The notes beneath the pieces were generated by a model, which worked only from the letters and a program-made list of their open reading frames with translations, was not told the origin of the DNA and ran no database searches. Shown here piece after piece: positions 1 to 8,882 of a stretch of 64,000 bases of DNA. The stretch is taken from positions 19,843-83,842 of the forward strand of contig CATOTG010000011.1 in the NCBI GenBank assembly GCA_951813015.1, given 5' to 3'. How positions within the stretch are numbered: the first letter of the stretch is position 1; each line of letters starts with the position of its first letter. The position numbers were made by a program, and so were the translations under genes. The DNA comes from an uncultured Thermoanaerobaculia bacterium (GTDB lineage Bacteria > Acidobacteriota > Thermoanaerobaculia > Multivoradales > Multivoraceae).

Positions 1-888
1 TTTGCCGTGATTTCTCGCGAGGACGACCACCGCAAGATGGCCTGCGGCGATCCGAAGGCGCGGTTCACCGCCACGCTGCTCGACCCGGAGCTGGTGCGCA
101 CGGCCCCCCCCGAGGTCATGGCCGCCACCGGTCTCGACGCGCTCTCGCACGCTTTGGAGAGCTTCGTTGCGACCGCGGCCAATCCGTACTCGCGGATGTT
201 CGCGTCGGAGAGCTTCGCGCGCCTGCTGCGGGGGTTCGATGCCGTGGCGGAGGCGCAGCGGGAGAACGGTCCGAGCCCGGCGAGCGAGCGTCTTGCCGCC
301 GCCCGCAACGAACCGGGAAACGAGGCGCGGCGGGAGGAGCTTCGGCGCCCGGCGAGCGAACGTCCTGCTGCTGCGGACGACGAACCGGGGACCGGGGACC
401 AGCGGGTGAACGGTCGCGGTCCGGGGAGCGGACGTGCGGAGGACGAAGTGATCGAGCTGTGGGGCGAGATGCTTCTCGGCGCCCACTTCGCCGGCGCGGC
501 AATCGAGGCGTCCATGCTGGGCGCCGCCCATGGACTGGCGAACCCGCTGACGGCGCGCTACGACATCACCCACGGCGTCGCGGTGGCCGTCATGCTGGAT
601 CACGTCCTGCGTTTCAACGATGGCGACCCGGACGTCCGGTACGAAGGTCTGGCGCGGCTCGCTTTCGGCGGCGCCGCGGCGAACGGTCTGGCAGGCGAGC
701 GACTCGCCGATCTCTGGGTCGGCCTCAGGCAACGGGCCGGCGTTGCCGGCAGATTGCGGGATCTCGGAGTGCGCGAGGCGGATCTCGACCTGCTCTCGGG
801 GCAGGCGGCCGAGCAGTGGACGTCGCAGTTCAACCCCCGTACGACGAGTGCCTCCGATATGCTCGCGCTGTATCGAGCGGCCTTCTGA
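1..888 (+). CDS. iron-containing (group III) alcohol dehydrogenase, C-terminal part; 5' end lies outside the window
   Basis: Fe-ADH-like motifs in translation (GLDALSHALESF, AHGLANPLTARYDITHGVAVAV). The frame is open from nt 1. A roughly 70-aa low-complexity insertion (PASERLAAA.../PASERPAAA...) interrupts the fold. Confidence 0.8.
   Translation, partial: FAVISREDDHRKMACGDPKARFTATLLDPELVRTAPPEVMAATGLDALSHALESFVATAANPYSRMFASESFARLLRGFDAVAEAQRENGPSPASERLAAARNEPGNEARREELRRPASERPAAADDEPGTGDQRVNGRGPGSGRAEDEVIELWGEMLLGAHFAGAAIEASMLGAAHGLANPLTARYDITHGVAVAVMLDHVLRFNDGDPDVRYEGLARLAFGGAAANGLAGERLADLWVGLRQRAGVAGRLRDLGVREADLDLLSGQAAEQWTSQFNPRTTSASDMLALYRAAF
276..419. repeat. 72-bp imperfect direct duplication inside the Fe-ADH reading frame
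   Basis: cccggcgagcgagcgtcttgccgccgcccgcaacgaaccggg (from 276) recurs as cccggcgagcgaacgtcctgctgctgcggacgacgaaccgggg (from 348). The period is 72 bp, i.e. 24 codons. Confidence 0.7.
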
Positions 889-2324
889 TGCGCCCGAGCA
901 CTTCGTCGAGACAACCCGTCGGCCCACCCCAAGAGTTCGTCATGTCAGAAACCCTCCCGCCTTCAGGCCGGCCCGCCGCCGCTTCCGCGTTGCGGCCTGG
1001 ACGATCGGCAGGTCGTGGCCGGATCCTCGCGCCTTCAGGCCGGCCCGCCGCCGCTTCCGCGTTGTGGCCTGGACGATCGGCAGGTCGCAGTCGGATCCTC
1101 GCGCCTTCAGGCCGGCCCGCCGCCGCTTCCGCGTTGTGGCCTGGACGATGGGCAAGTCGTGGCCGGATCCTCGCGCCGGTCCTGCTCCTGGGCATTCTGC
1201 TGGGCATTCTGCCGGGCGCCGCGGCGGCCGCCGCTGGTGACGGGGAGGACCAGGATTCGGCGGCGTCAGGGTCGTTGTTCCAGCCTTCCGCCAATGCCTG
1301 GCCGGTGTTCCGCGGCAACCTGCTGGGCACGGGCGTGGCCGCGACGACGCTGCCGGACGAGCCGAAGCTGCTCTGGACGTTCGACACCGGCAGCGAGATC
1401 GAGAGCACGGCCGCGATAGTGGGCGGGGTCGTCTTCTTCGGGGACTACGAGGGCCGGGTCTACGCCGTGACCCTTGAAGAAGGAAAGGAACTCTGGCGAT
1501 TCGACGCGGGAACGCCGATCAAGGCGCCCCTCTCGGTCTTCGACGGCGTGGTCTACATCGGCGACGAGTACGGTCTCATCCACGCGCTGGACGCCGGGAG
1601 CGGCGAGGAGAAGTGGCAGTTCGAGACCCTGGGAGAGATCTACGCCGGCGTCTCGCTGCACGGCGACCGGCTGCTCGTCGGCTCCTACGACAACTCGCTC
1701 TACTGCCTTGATCGCAAGAGCGGCGAGAAGCTGTGGCAGGTGGAGACGGAAGGCTACGTGCACGGCACGCCGGCGGTCGCCGACGGGCTGACCACGGTGT
1801 CCGGTTGCGACGGCTTCATGTGGCTGATCGACATCGAAACCGGCGAGACGATTCACAAGATCAACCTGCGAGGGCAGGCGGCCTCGAGCCCGGCCGTGAT
1901 CGGCGAGATGGCCTACGTTGCCACCTACGAGAACGAGGTGCTGGGAATCGACCTCAAGCGGCGTGAGGTGGCCTGGGCGTACGAGCACGAAGTGCGCAAG
2001 TTCCCCTTCTACGCGTCGGCCGCCGCGGACGACGAGATCGTCGTGATCGGGGGACGGGACAAGATCGTCCATGCCCTGGATCCTCGGACCGGCGAACGGA
2101 AATGGGAGTGGAACAGCGGCGCCCGGCTCGACTCCTCCCCGGTCATCGTCGGCGACCGCGTGTTCCTGGGCTCGAAGCGGGGGCCCGTCCTCGCCCTTGA
2201 CAAGGCGACCGGGGAGCCGGTGTGGGAGTTCGACACGGGTTCGGCAATCATGGCTTCGCCGGCCGTGGCGTCGGAACGGCTGGTGATCGGCAGCCTCGAC
2301 GGCATCCTGTACTGCTTCGGCTAA
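888..2324 (+). CDS. secreted PQQ-like / BamB-like beta-propeller repeat protein
   Basis: Repeated propeller blades (VVYIGDEYGLIHALDAGSGEEKWQF, LLVGSYDNSLYCLDRKSGEKLWQV, IVVIGGRDKIVHALDPRTGERKWEW, LVIGSLDGILYCFG). A hydrophobic signal segment (VLLLGILLGILPGAAAAAAG) is present. The ATG at 888 overlaps the ADH stop (TGATG); an alternative ATG is at 942. The part of the 459..2324 ORF upstream of 888 overlaps ADH and is not credible. Confidence 0.8.
   Translation: MRPSTSSRQPVGPPQEFVMSETLPPSGRPAAASALRPGRSAGRGRILAPSGRPAAASALWPGRSAGRSRILAPSGRPAAASALWPGRWASRGRILAPVLLLGILLGILPGAAAAAAGDGEDQDSAASGSLFQPSANAWPVFRGNLLGTGVAATTLPDEPKLLWTFDTGSEIESTAAIVGGVVFFGDYEGRVYAVTLEEGKELWRFDAGTPIKAPLSVFDGVVYIGDEYGLIHALDAGSGEEKWQFETLGEIYAGVSLHGDRLLVGSYDNSLYCLDRKSGEKLWQVETEGYVHGTPAVADGLTTVSGCDGFMWLIDIETGETIHKINLRGQAASSPAVIGEMAYVATYENEVLGIDLKRREVAWAYEHEVRKFPFYASAAADDEIVVIGGRDKIVHALDPRTGERKWEWNSGARLDSSPVIVGDRVFLGSKRGPVLALDKATGEPVWEFDTGSAIMASPAVASERLVIGSLDGILYCFG
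960..1175. repeat. 72-bp x 3.0 tandem repeat (24-aa unit PSGRPAAASALxPGRSAGRxRILA) between start codon and signal-peptide core
   Basis: Units start at 960, 1032 and 1104 (ccttcaggccggcccgccgccgcttccgcgttg[c/t]ggcctggacgat...) and differ by only a few substitutions. Confidence 0.95.
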
Positions 2325-2377
2325 CGGTGGTGGCTCAATCAGGTACCGGACGAGGCGGGAAAGGAGGGACCAGGTCG

Positions 2378-2923
2378 TTGACCAAGAGCGATATGCCGAC
2401 CTTGGCGGAGTTTGCGGACACTGGGACTCTCGATCCGTGGCAGTTGTCGGATCCGGAGCTCTCGTATCATGCCTCCCTTGTGGCAGTGGGCAGAAGTGCA
2501 AGTTCCATCGGTTTCCACTTTGCCCAGGCCTTGCCGACGGGTCGCATCATCAGTGGCGTATCGCTCATGCTGCCGAGAACCTATGAGGCGGACTTCGTGC
2601 AGTCGCTGGATGCGATTCGAGAGAGGCTGGCCCGGGCGTCTGAACAGGGTCTTCTGGAGACGCTGGAGCCCCTGAACCTGGCACTGCTGGACGACCTCAA
2701 CGCCGACAGCTACACATGCAAGTCGGCGGACTTCTGCAGGGCCACCACCAACGACCATGCCTCGGTGCTCGACTTCTTCTGGCTGCCGCATGTATCCGAA
2801 GCCATGATTCGGGCGCGACCGCAGGATAGGCTCAAGGTCGCCGGCGTTCTGAGGGTGGTCCTTGATGCATCCGCCTTCAGAGGATTGATCGAGGATCTGC
2901 GGGGTCTGGACGAGGACGAGTGA
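2378..2923 (+). CDS. hypothetical protein A (no recognisable domain)
   Basis: ORF in the frame of 2222..2923. An AAGGAGGG Shine-Dalgarno at 2361-2368 lies 9 nt before TTG 2378; ATG 2393 is an alternative start. The stop overlaps the next start (GTGATG). Local GC is clearly lower than in the flanks. Confidence 0.55.
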   Translation: MTKSDMPTLAEFADTGTLDPWQLSDPELSYHASLVAVGRSASSIGFHFAQALPTGRIISGVSLMLPRTYEADFVQSLDAIRERLARASEQGLLETLEPLNLALLDDLNADSYTCKSADFCRATTNDHASVLDFFWLPHVSEAMIRARPQDRLKVAGVLRVVLDASAFRGLIEDLRGLDEDE

Positions 2924-3459
2924 TGTACGACGGACCATTGCGCGAACCTGGTTTCATGGAGCATGAAGCGGTTGCAGGTGGGCTGCGAAAGGGAACCCGG
3001 AGTCGCCCACTCCGTTCGCTGGCAGTAGCCAGCACGGTGGCGATGGCACTGGGAGCTGTCGATGCCAGGATGAGTGTTTCCGCCGGGGAAGTGCGCGTCA
3101 CGGGACAGACCGTCGGTTCGGTCAGCCCGGCAGTTGGTCAGTGGTTACGGCATGTCGAGGAAATCAGTCGGGTGGCGAACGACGCGGTGGTTGCAGGCCT
3201 CAGGGTGCTGGGACGGGAAACCGTGGTTGCTCTTGGGATCCCTCCCCAGGGCGCGTTGACCGAAGAGGGCTCGTACCAGTTGGTCTGGGATCATGGTCGG
3301 CATCACCTGCTTGCAGAGGTGTTTCCTGGCGGCCACTACGACTGGTTCTACCGAGACCGGGAAACCGGTCGTCTGGCGGGTGCAGAAGGGTTGCCGTTTG
3401 ACGAAACGGCAAAGCTGCGCCGGCGCCTGGAGCGCAACCTGCGCTCCAGGGAGGCCTAG
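2920..3459 (+). CDS. hypothetical protein B (possible N-terminal signal/TM segment LAVASTVAMALGAVDA)
   Basis: The start (GTG 2920 or ATG 2923) overlaps the stop of gene A. Codon usage is coherent with A and C. I recognise no domain. Confidence 0.55.
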   Translation: MMYDGPLREPGFMEHEAVAGGLRKGTRSRPLRSLAVASTVAMALGAVDARMSVSAGEVRVTGQTVGSVSPAVGQWLRHVEEISRVANDAVVAGLRVLGRETVVALGIPPQGALTEEGSYQLVWDHGRHHLLAEVFPGGHYDWFYRDRETGRLAGAEGLPFDETAKLRRRLERNLRSREA

Positions 3460-3465
3460 CCGGGC

Positions 3466-3921
3466 TTGGCCGATGCCGAAGAGTTGGCGGAGGGTCATGT
3501 ACTCCGCCTGGGCGGTGCCTCGGGGAGGTTCTCGGTTGGGGAGCCAAGGGCAATACCTGCCGACTTTCGCCTGAGTTCCGCGGACAGGAACGTGGCTGAA
3601 GATGGGGAAGCTTCGCTTACGGTTTGGGATCGGGAGCGAACGACGCCGGCCCAGGCCAGGAACCTGGTCAGCCGCGGTCCGCTACGTGCGGTCTATTCCC
3701 TCGAAGTTGGCGAAGTGCGACAACTGAGCTATCCAAATGGCCCGGGGCTACGGATTCTGAGAGACCTGGAGGCGGTCGCCGACGTCCTCGATACGCCTGG
3801 AGCCCACGGCCACTGCGGTATCGTCGGACTGCTTCGGCCCAGGGGCGTTCCCAGGATGCAAGCAAGGGCGTTGGAGAGTCAGTTGGCGGACTTGGCGGTC
3901 CTGGTATCTGCCAGGGGCTGA
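3466..3921 (+). CDS. hypothetical protein C (no recognisable domain)
   Basis: TTG 3466 lies 6 nt after the gene B stop, preceded by GGGAGG at 3447-3452. The gene ends 6 nt before the HemN-like start. Confidence 0.5.
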   Translation: MADAEELAEGHVLRLGGASGRFSVGEPRAIPADFRLSSADRNVAEDGEASLTVWDRERTTPAQARNLVSRGPLRAVYSLEVGEVRQLSYPNGPGLRILRDLEAVADVLDTPGAHGHCGIVGLLRPRGVPRMQARALESQLADLAVLVSARG

Positions 3922-3927
3922 GGATCG

Positions 3928-5289
3928 ATGGAAACGATGGTTGATCAGGCACCGGGACCGAGGTCCGAGCCGGCGACTGGCCGGCTTGATCTCGAAGCGA
4001 CCGACATCGGCTCCGTCTTCGTGTCGAACTACCCGCCGTACTCGGCCTGGAACGAGGCCTCGGTGGGGGAGGCGGCCGCGGCGCTTGATCAGGAGCCTGT
4101 AGCCGGCGCCTCTCTGGGCCTCTACATCCATATCCCGTTCTGCCGCAAGCGCTGCAAGTTCTGCTACTTCCGGGTCTACATCGACAAGAACCACGAGCAG
4201 ATCGGGCGTTACCTGGACGCCCTCGGCGTGGAACTCGAGCGCTACGCGGACCGGCCGTCGATCAGGGGCCGGAAGCTCGATTTCGTCTACTTTGGCGGCG
4301 GTACCCCTTCCTACATCGCGGCCAAGCAACTGATTCCTCTGGCCGAGCGGCTGCAGGACGTGATGCCGTGGGACGGCGCCGAAGAGGTCGCGTTCGAGTG
4401 TGAGCCGGGGACGCTGACGCAGTCCAAGCTCGAGGCGATCCGCAGCATCGGCGTGACCCGCCTCAGCCTCGGCGTGGAGAACTTCGACGACAGGATCCTG
4501 GAAGAGAACGGCCGCGCCCACGTGTCGAAGGAGATCTACCGGGTGCGCGACTGGATCCGGGCCCAGGGGTTCCGGCAACTGAACGTGGACCTGATCGCCG
4601 GCATGGTCGGCGAGACCTGGGAGAGCTGGAAGCGAACCGTGGACCTGACGATCGAGTACGACCCGGATTCGATCACCATCTACCAGATGGAACTCCCCTT
4701 CAACACGGTGTATTCGAAGGCCAAACTGCGCGGCGATGCCGACGCGCCGGCCTTTGCCGACTGGCGCACGAAGCGGGAATGGCACGCCTACGCATTCGAG
4801 CAGTTCGAGCGCGCCGGCTTCGAGCGCTGGAGCGCCTACACGATGATGCGGCGCGACCGGGGCTGCAAGTTCGTCTACGCCCGGGAAGTGTGGAGCGGCG
4901 CGGACATGATCCCGATCGGAGTCTCGTCGTTCGGCCACATGGGCGGCGTCCATCTGCAGAACCACGACCGCTGGGACGACTACCTGGCGGCGGTCGAGGA
5001 CGGCGGCCTGGCCACCCGCAGGGCGTTCGCCACGACCGCCCGGGAGCGCCTGACCCGCGAGCTCATCCTGCAGTTGAAGCGGGGCTGGCTCGAACGCGAC
5101 GCGTTCGAGCGCAAGTTCGGCGTGGATGTCGTGGCGAACTACGCGGACGCCTTCGGCAGCCTGACCGGGCAGGGCCTGGCAACGATCGGGCCGGAGCGGA
5201 TCGAACTCAGCGAAGGCGGACTGCTGCGCGTCGACCAGCTCCTGCCGCGGTTCTACGACGAGCGCTACCGCGGCGCGCGCTACACCTGA
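3928..5289 (+). CDS. HemN-family radical SAM protein (coproporphyrinogen-III-oxidase-like)
   Basis: CxxxCxxC radical SAM motif in context (HIPFCRKRCKFCYF), followed by GGGTPS and the HemN-like core and C-terminal domain over 453 aa. Confidence 0.85.
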   Translation: METMVDQAPGPRSEPATGRLDLEATDIGSVFVSNYPPYSAWNEASVGEAAAALDQEPVAGASLGLYIHIPFCRKRCKFCYFRVYIDKNHEQIGRYLDALGVELERYADRPSIRGRKLDFVYFGGGTPSYIAAKQLIPLAERLQDVMPWDGAEEVAFECEPGTLTQSKLEAIRSIGVTRLSLGVENFDDRILEENGRAHVSKEIYRVRDWIRAQGFRQLNVDLIAGMVGETWESWKRTVDLTIEYDPDSITIYQMELPFNTVYSKAKLRGDADAPAFADWRTKREWHAYAFEQFERAGFERWSAYTMMRRDRGCKFVYAREVWSGADMIPIGVSSFGHMGGVHLQNHDRWDDYLAAVEDGGLATRRAFATTARERLTRELILQLKRGWLERDAFERKFGVDVVANYADAFGSLTGQGLATIGPERIELSEGGLLRVDQLLPRFYDERYRGARYT

Positions 5290-5498
5290 GGACGCACGCT
5301 ACACCTGGGGGCGGACGCTACACCTGAGGGCGGACGCTACACCTGAGGGCGGACGCTACATTTGGGGGCGGACGCTACACCTGAGGGCGCACGCTACATT
5401 GGGGGCGCGCGCTGCACCTGGGGGCGCGCGCTGCACCTGAGGGCGCGCGCTGCACCTGAGGGCGCACGCTGCACCTGAGAGCGCACGCTGCACCTGGG
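5272..5498. repeat. 19-bp tandem array, about 12 units, in two sub-families (..cgctacacctg.. then ..cgctgcacctg..)
   Basis: ggcg[g/c][a/g]cgct[a/g]cacctg[a/g]g[g] is repeated head-to-tail. Unit 0 contains the last codons and the TGA of the HemN-like gene. One unit is 18 bp. Confidence 0.95.
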
Positions 5499-5563
5499 CC
5501 TGGAACCGACCCGTCACGGGAGGTCGGCCGGCAGACAGGCCTGCGCGGAACCCTGCGGCGCCG

Positions 5564-6307
5564 TCACCCGGCGCAGGGAAACGCCTGACCGTCCGAGTGC
5601 GTCCACGGTCCCATGTTTGCGGCGCCGCGATAGGTCTTCGAGGCGCCGTCGGTGCGGCGGACGATCGTCACGCTGTACTCGAGGGTCGTCAGCGTCGCCA
5701 CGTACGCCCACTGATGACCGTTGACGCCGCAACCGTCGAGCACCTTGACGAACACTTCCGGGTTGTCCGCACCGAAGAACCAGTAGGCGGCGCTCCGGTC
5801 GCCGAGAGCCCTCGACGCGGCAGTGTGAATCGCTGCGTGAGTTTCCGCCGCTTCTGCATTCGTCCGGAAGGCAACGTAGACGTCGTAGCCCGCGATCGCC
5901 ACGCCCCGAGACGGAGTGGCCTTGGCTTGCCGGAGGCCTGAGCTGTTCCCCTGTGCGTCGGTTGCGGCCACGGAGACCGTGTACTCGGTCCCGTTCGTCA
6001 ACCCTTCGATCGTGTAGCGGGTCACGCTCGTATCGAGTTGGGCGCTGCTCCGGCCGGAGAACGGCGACCAGTAGACCACATAGCCTCCCGGCGGCGACCC
6101 CGTTGCGGGTGACCCCCATTGGGCCGTGATCCTGGCGTCCGCGGGCGTCAGCAGGAGGTTGGCGACGAGCCCCGGAAGAGCGCCTTGGGCAAGAAGAGCC
6201 ACCGAGGCGACGACGACCGCGACCGCCGCAAGGGTCGCTGCGCGAAGCGTACGGTTCGGCCAGCCGGGACCCGCACTCCACCGAGGCCGACTGTTCCTGT
6301 TGCTCAT
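5564..6307 (-). CDS. secreted protein: signal/TM segment + fibronectin-III-like domain + one copy of the 'VKVLDGC..NGHxW' C-terminal module
   Basis: N-terminal hydrophobic stretch (LAAVAVVVASVALLA). FN3-like sequence YVVYWSP...YTIEGLTNGTEYTVSVAATD. The C-terminus (AYWFFGADNPEVFVKVLDGCGVNGHQWAYVATLTTLEYSVTIV...DGQAFPC) aligns to the repeated module of the proteins at 33979 and 37475. Confidence 0.75.
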   Translation of the reverse strand: MSNRNSRPRWSAGPGWPNRTLRAATLAAVAVVVASVALLAQGALPGLVANLLLTPADARITAQWGSPATGSPPGGYVVYWSPFSGRSSAQLDTSVTRYTIEGLTNGTEYTVSVAATDAQGNSSGLRQAKATPSRGVAIAGYDVYVAFRTNAEAAETHAAIHTAASRALGDRSAAYWFFGADNPEVFVKVLDGCGVNGHQWAYVATLTTLEYSVTIVRRTDGASKTYRGAANMGPWTHSDGQAFPCAG

Positions 6308-6332
6308 GTCGGTTGTGCTCCCAATGGGAAAG

Positions 6333-6445
6333 AAGGGTTCGTCCCCTCATCATAGCGGATGGAGGAATGCGCCACGCTGCGCGTTGCAGCCGCAGCCAAA
6401 CTGAAAGGGTTCGTCCCTTCATCGTAGCGGATGGAGGAATGCGCC
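6333..6445. repeat. 41-bp direct repeat (two copies, 72 bp apart) just upstream of the 5564..6307 gene
   Basis: aagggttcgtcccctcatcatagcggatggaggaatgcgcc (6333-6373) versus aagggttcgtcccttcatcgtagcggatggaggaatgcgcc (6405-6445). On the gene strand each copy carries a -10-like TATGAT or TACGAT. Confidence 0.85.
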
Positions 6446-6488
6446 CGGACGGCGGGGGGCCGCCGCGGACCGGCGCGGGCTGCGCCTG

Positions 6489-8882
6489 CTAGAAGTCGAT
6501 GCCGAACTGGATGCCGACCTCGGCCGGCGGCGCCCAGACCGCGAGCGAGCCGGTGTAGTTCACGAAGAACTGGCTGAGCCGGTACTCCTCGTCGCCGAGG
6601 TTCCGCCCGTAGGCGGCGAGGAACATGCGCCCCTGCGCCGAGGTCCAGCGCAGCTGGGCGTGGAGCAGACCGTAGGACGGCTGGACGAAGCGTTCGAAGG
6701 AGTCGAAGGCCACGTCGTCGGTGTACTGGTACTCGCCGCGCGCGATCAGCGAACCGTTGCTGCCGAGGTCGAAGGTGTAGCTCAGCGCCGCGGTAGCGGA
6801 GAGGTCGGGCGCCCGGGGGAGTCCGTTGCCGGACAGGTCGGAGGGCGCAATCGGCAGCGCGCCGCCGCCGCCCTGAAGCACCTGGGCCGGATCGATCAGC
6901 CCCGCGGCGAGCAGGTCCTCCACGAACTGCGCCTGGAGCACGGGATCAAGGGTGGTGAACTCGGTGAACTCGTCGTCGAGCAACTCGAAGGACAGGTCAA
7001 AGGAGAACTGCCGGTTCGGCTTCACGGCAACTTCGAAGTCGAGGCCCCGTATGCGGGCCTTGGCCGCGTTCTCGACCACGGAGCGGTCGGGGTACAGCAC
7101 AGCGACCTGCAGGTCGTCGTAGTCGTAGTCGAAGGCAGACGCGTTGATCCGCACCTTGCGGTCGGCAAGCGTGGACCTGATGCCGATCTCGACACTCGTC
7201 ACCGTCTCCTCGTCAAAGGCCGGCTGCAGCGAGAGCGAGTTGTAGCCGCCGCTCTTGTAGCCGGCGGTCACCGCGCCGTAGAGCATCAGATTGTCAGCCG
7301 GGCGAACCTCGAGGCCAAGCTTGGGCGTCAGCGCACTCCAGTTGTCGCTCTGCTGCTGGAATTCCGGCATGAAGGTCTGGAAGCTCAGCGTCTGCTGATC
7401 GTGGTCCTTCTCGTCCGTCGTGTAGCGCGCCCCCGTGGTCAGCGTGACCCGGTCGCCGAGGCGCCAGTCGACCTGGCCGTAGGCGGCGTAGAGCGAAGCG
7501 TCGATGCTGGTCTCGAACGGCAGCGGCGTCGCGACTCCCGGCGCCGGGAGGCCGATCAACGGCGCGACGGCGTTGTAGTACTGCGGCCCGCACAGGGACG
7601 GCGGCGCGAGGAAGCCGAGGGAACAGTAGTTCGTCGGGTCGAACAGGAACGTCTGGGGGCTGTTCGCGAACACCCAGACGCCGAGCAGTGCGAGGTCGGT
7701 CACGTTGTCGACCTGCATGCCGCTTTCCTCATTGAAGGCGTAGGCGCCTGCTACCCAGTTGGCCCGCTCGTTGCCGCCGTGGAGCTGGAACTCCTGCGAC
7801 CACCAGTTGGAGTAGAACGTGCCCCGGTTGGTGATCAGGGCGTTGGGGGATCCGTCGATGTCCGTGTCGCGCATCGAATCGAACTCGCGCGAACTGCTGA
7901 TCGACGTGAGGCTCGTGCCGCCGCCCAACGCCTTGTTCACGGTCAGCGAGAAGCCGGTCTCCTCGTAGGAGGACAGGGGGGGCGTGTCGGTCGAGATGCG
8001 GTGGATGTCGTCGGGGTCGGAGTAACCATAGAACCGGTTCAGGGTCCCCACCGTGCTGTAGGGCGACACGTCGAAGGGCTTGAAGGGGAAGTTCGCGTGG
8101 GCGTCGTCGTCCGTGCTGTCGGCGCGGATGGTGAAGGTCAGCGAGTCGGAGGGCAGGAAGGTGACCGAGCCCCGTAGCGTGACGCCGTCGAAGTTGTCGG
8201 CGCCCGCGCCCAGGAAGTCGTTGTACGTGGGGTCCTCGACCTGAGCCGCGGCGCCGGTGAACCGGGCCCAGACCTTGCTCGACACGGGACCCGTGAGCGA
8301 CAGACCGTAGCGGCGTCCCTCGGCCGGCTCGCTGGAGTCGAACTCGGAGATGGAGGTGAAGAGGCGCCCGTGGAACTCTCTCTCCGGCGCCCGAGTGACC
8401 ACGTTCACGGCCCCGGCAGTCGAGTTCCGTCCCCAAAGCGTTCCCTGGGGGCCGCGCAGGATCTCGATGCGCTCGAGGTCGAGGAACGGGTTCACGGCCG
8501 CCTGAGGACGCGGCATGTAGACGCCGTCCACGTAGTAGCCCACGGTCGGCTCGGCGCCGATGCCGAGGGTGCCCGAACCGATGCCGCGGATGTAAATGGC
8601 GACTTCGCCGGTGGAGGGACTCTGGCCCGAGATGACGACGCCGGGCGAGGCCTCGGCCAGGGCCTGGACGTCGCCGATCACCTGCTGTTCGAGCTCTTCG
8701 CCCGAGCGGGTGACGATCGAGATCGGCACATCCTGGATGGCCTCCTCGACCCGCTGCGCCGTGACGGTGATCTCGTCGGTGACGGCGGCATCCGGATCGT
8801 CGGGATTCTGCGCTGCCGCGGCGCCGGCAAGCAGCGCCGCCAGGAGAACCAGGGCCGGTGGAAGAACGGGGTCTGTGTGCAT
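6489..8882 (-). CDS. TonB-dependent receptor
   Basis: Signal peptide, plug domain (ITVTAQRVEEAIQDVPISI...RIEILRGPQGTLWGRNSTAGAVNV), a long beta-barrel and a terminal aromatic residue (...IQFGIDF). Confidence 0.9.
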   Translation of the reverse strand: MHTDPVLPPALVLLAALLAGAAAAQNPDDPDAAVTDEITVTAQRVEEAIQDVPISIVTRSGEELEQQVIGDVQALAEASPGVVISGQSPSTGEVAIYIRGIGSGTLGIGAEPTVGYYVDGVYMPRPQAAVNPFLDLERIEILRGPQGTLWGRNSTAGAVNVVTRAPEREFHGRLFTSISEFDSSEPAEGRRYGLSLTGPVSSKVWARFTGAAAQVEDPTYNDFLGAGADNFDGVTLRGSVTFLPSDSLTFTIRADSTDDDAHANFPFKPFDVSPYSTVGTLNRFYGYSDPDDIHRISTDTPPLSSYEETGFSLTVNKALGGGTSLTSISSSREFDSMRDTDIDGSPNALITNRGTFYSNWWSQEFQLHGGNERANWVAGAYAFNEESGMQVDNVTDLALLGVWVFANSPQTFLFDPTNYCSLGFLAPPSLCGPQYYNAVAPLIGLPAPGVATPLPFETSIDASLYAAYGQVDWRLGDRVTLTTGARYTTDEKDHDQQTLSFQTFMPEFQQQSDNWSALTPKLGLEVRPADNLMLYGAVTAGYKSGGYNSLSLQPAFDEETVTSVEIGIRSTLADRKVRINASAFDYDYDDLQVAVLYPDRSVVENAAKARIRGLDFEVAVKPNRQFSFDLSFELLDDEFTEFTTLDPVLQAQFVEDLLAAGLIDPAQVLQGGGGALPIAPSDLSGNGLPRAPDLSATAALSYTFDLGSNGSLIARGEYQYTDDVAFDSFERFVQPSYGLLHAQLRWTSAQGRMFLAAYGRNLGDEEYRLSQFFVNYTGSLAVWAPPAEVGIQFGIDF

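Noticed and set aside
459-887. N-terminal 143-aa extension of the propeller-protein ORF (track ORF 459..2324)
   Set aside because: It lies entirely inside the well-supported Fe-ADH reading frame and is Arg-rich nonsense. A start at 888 or 942 fits the operon structure.
5272-5498. Possible CRISPR array (regular short repeats)
   Set aside because: The units abut each other with no spacers, the period is only 19 bp, and no cas genes are in the window.
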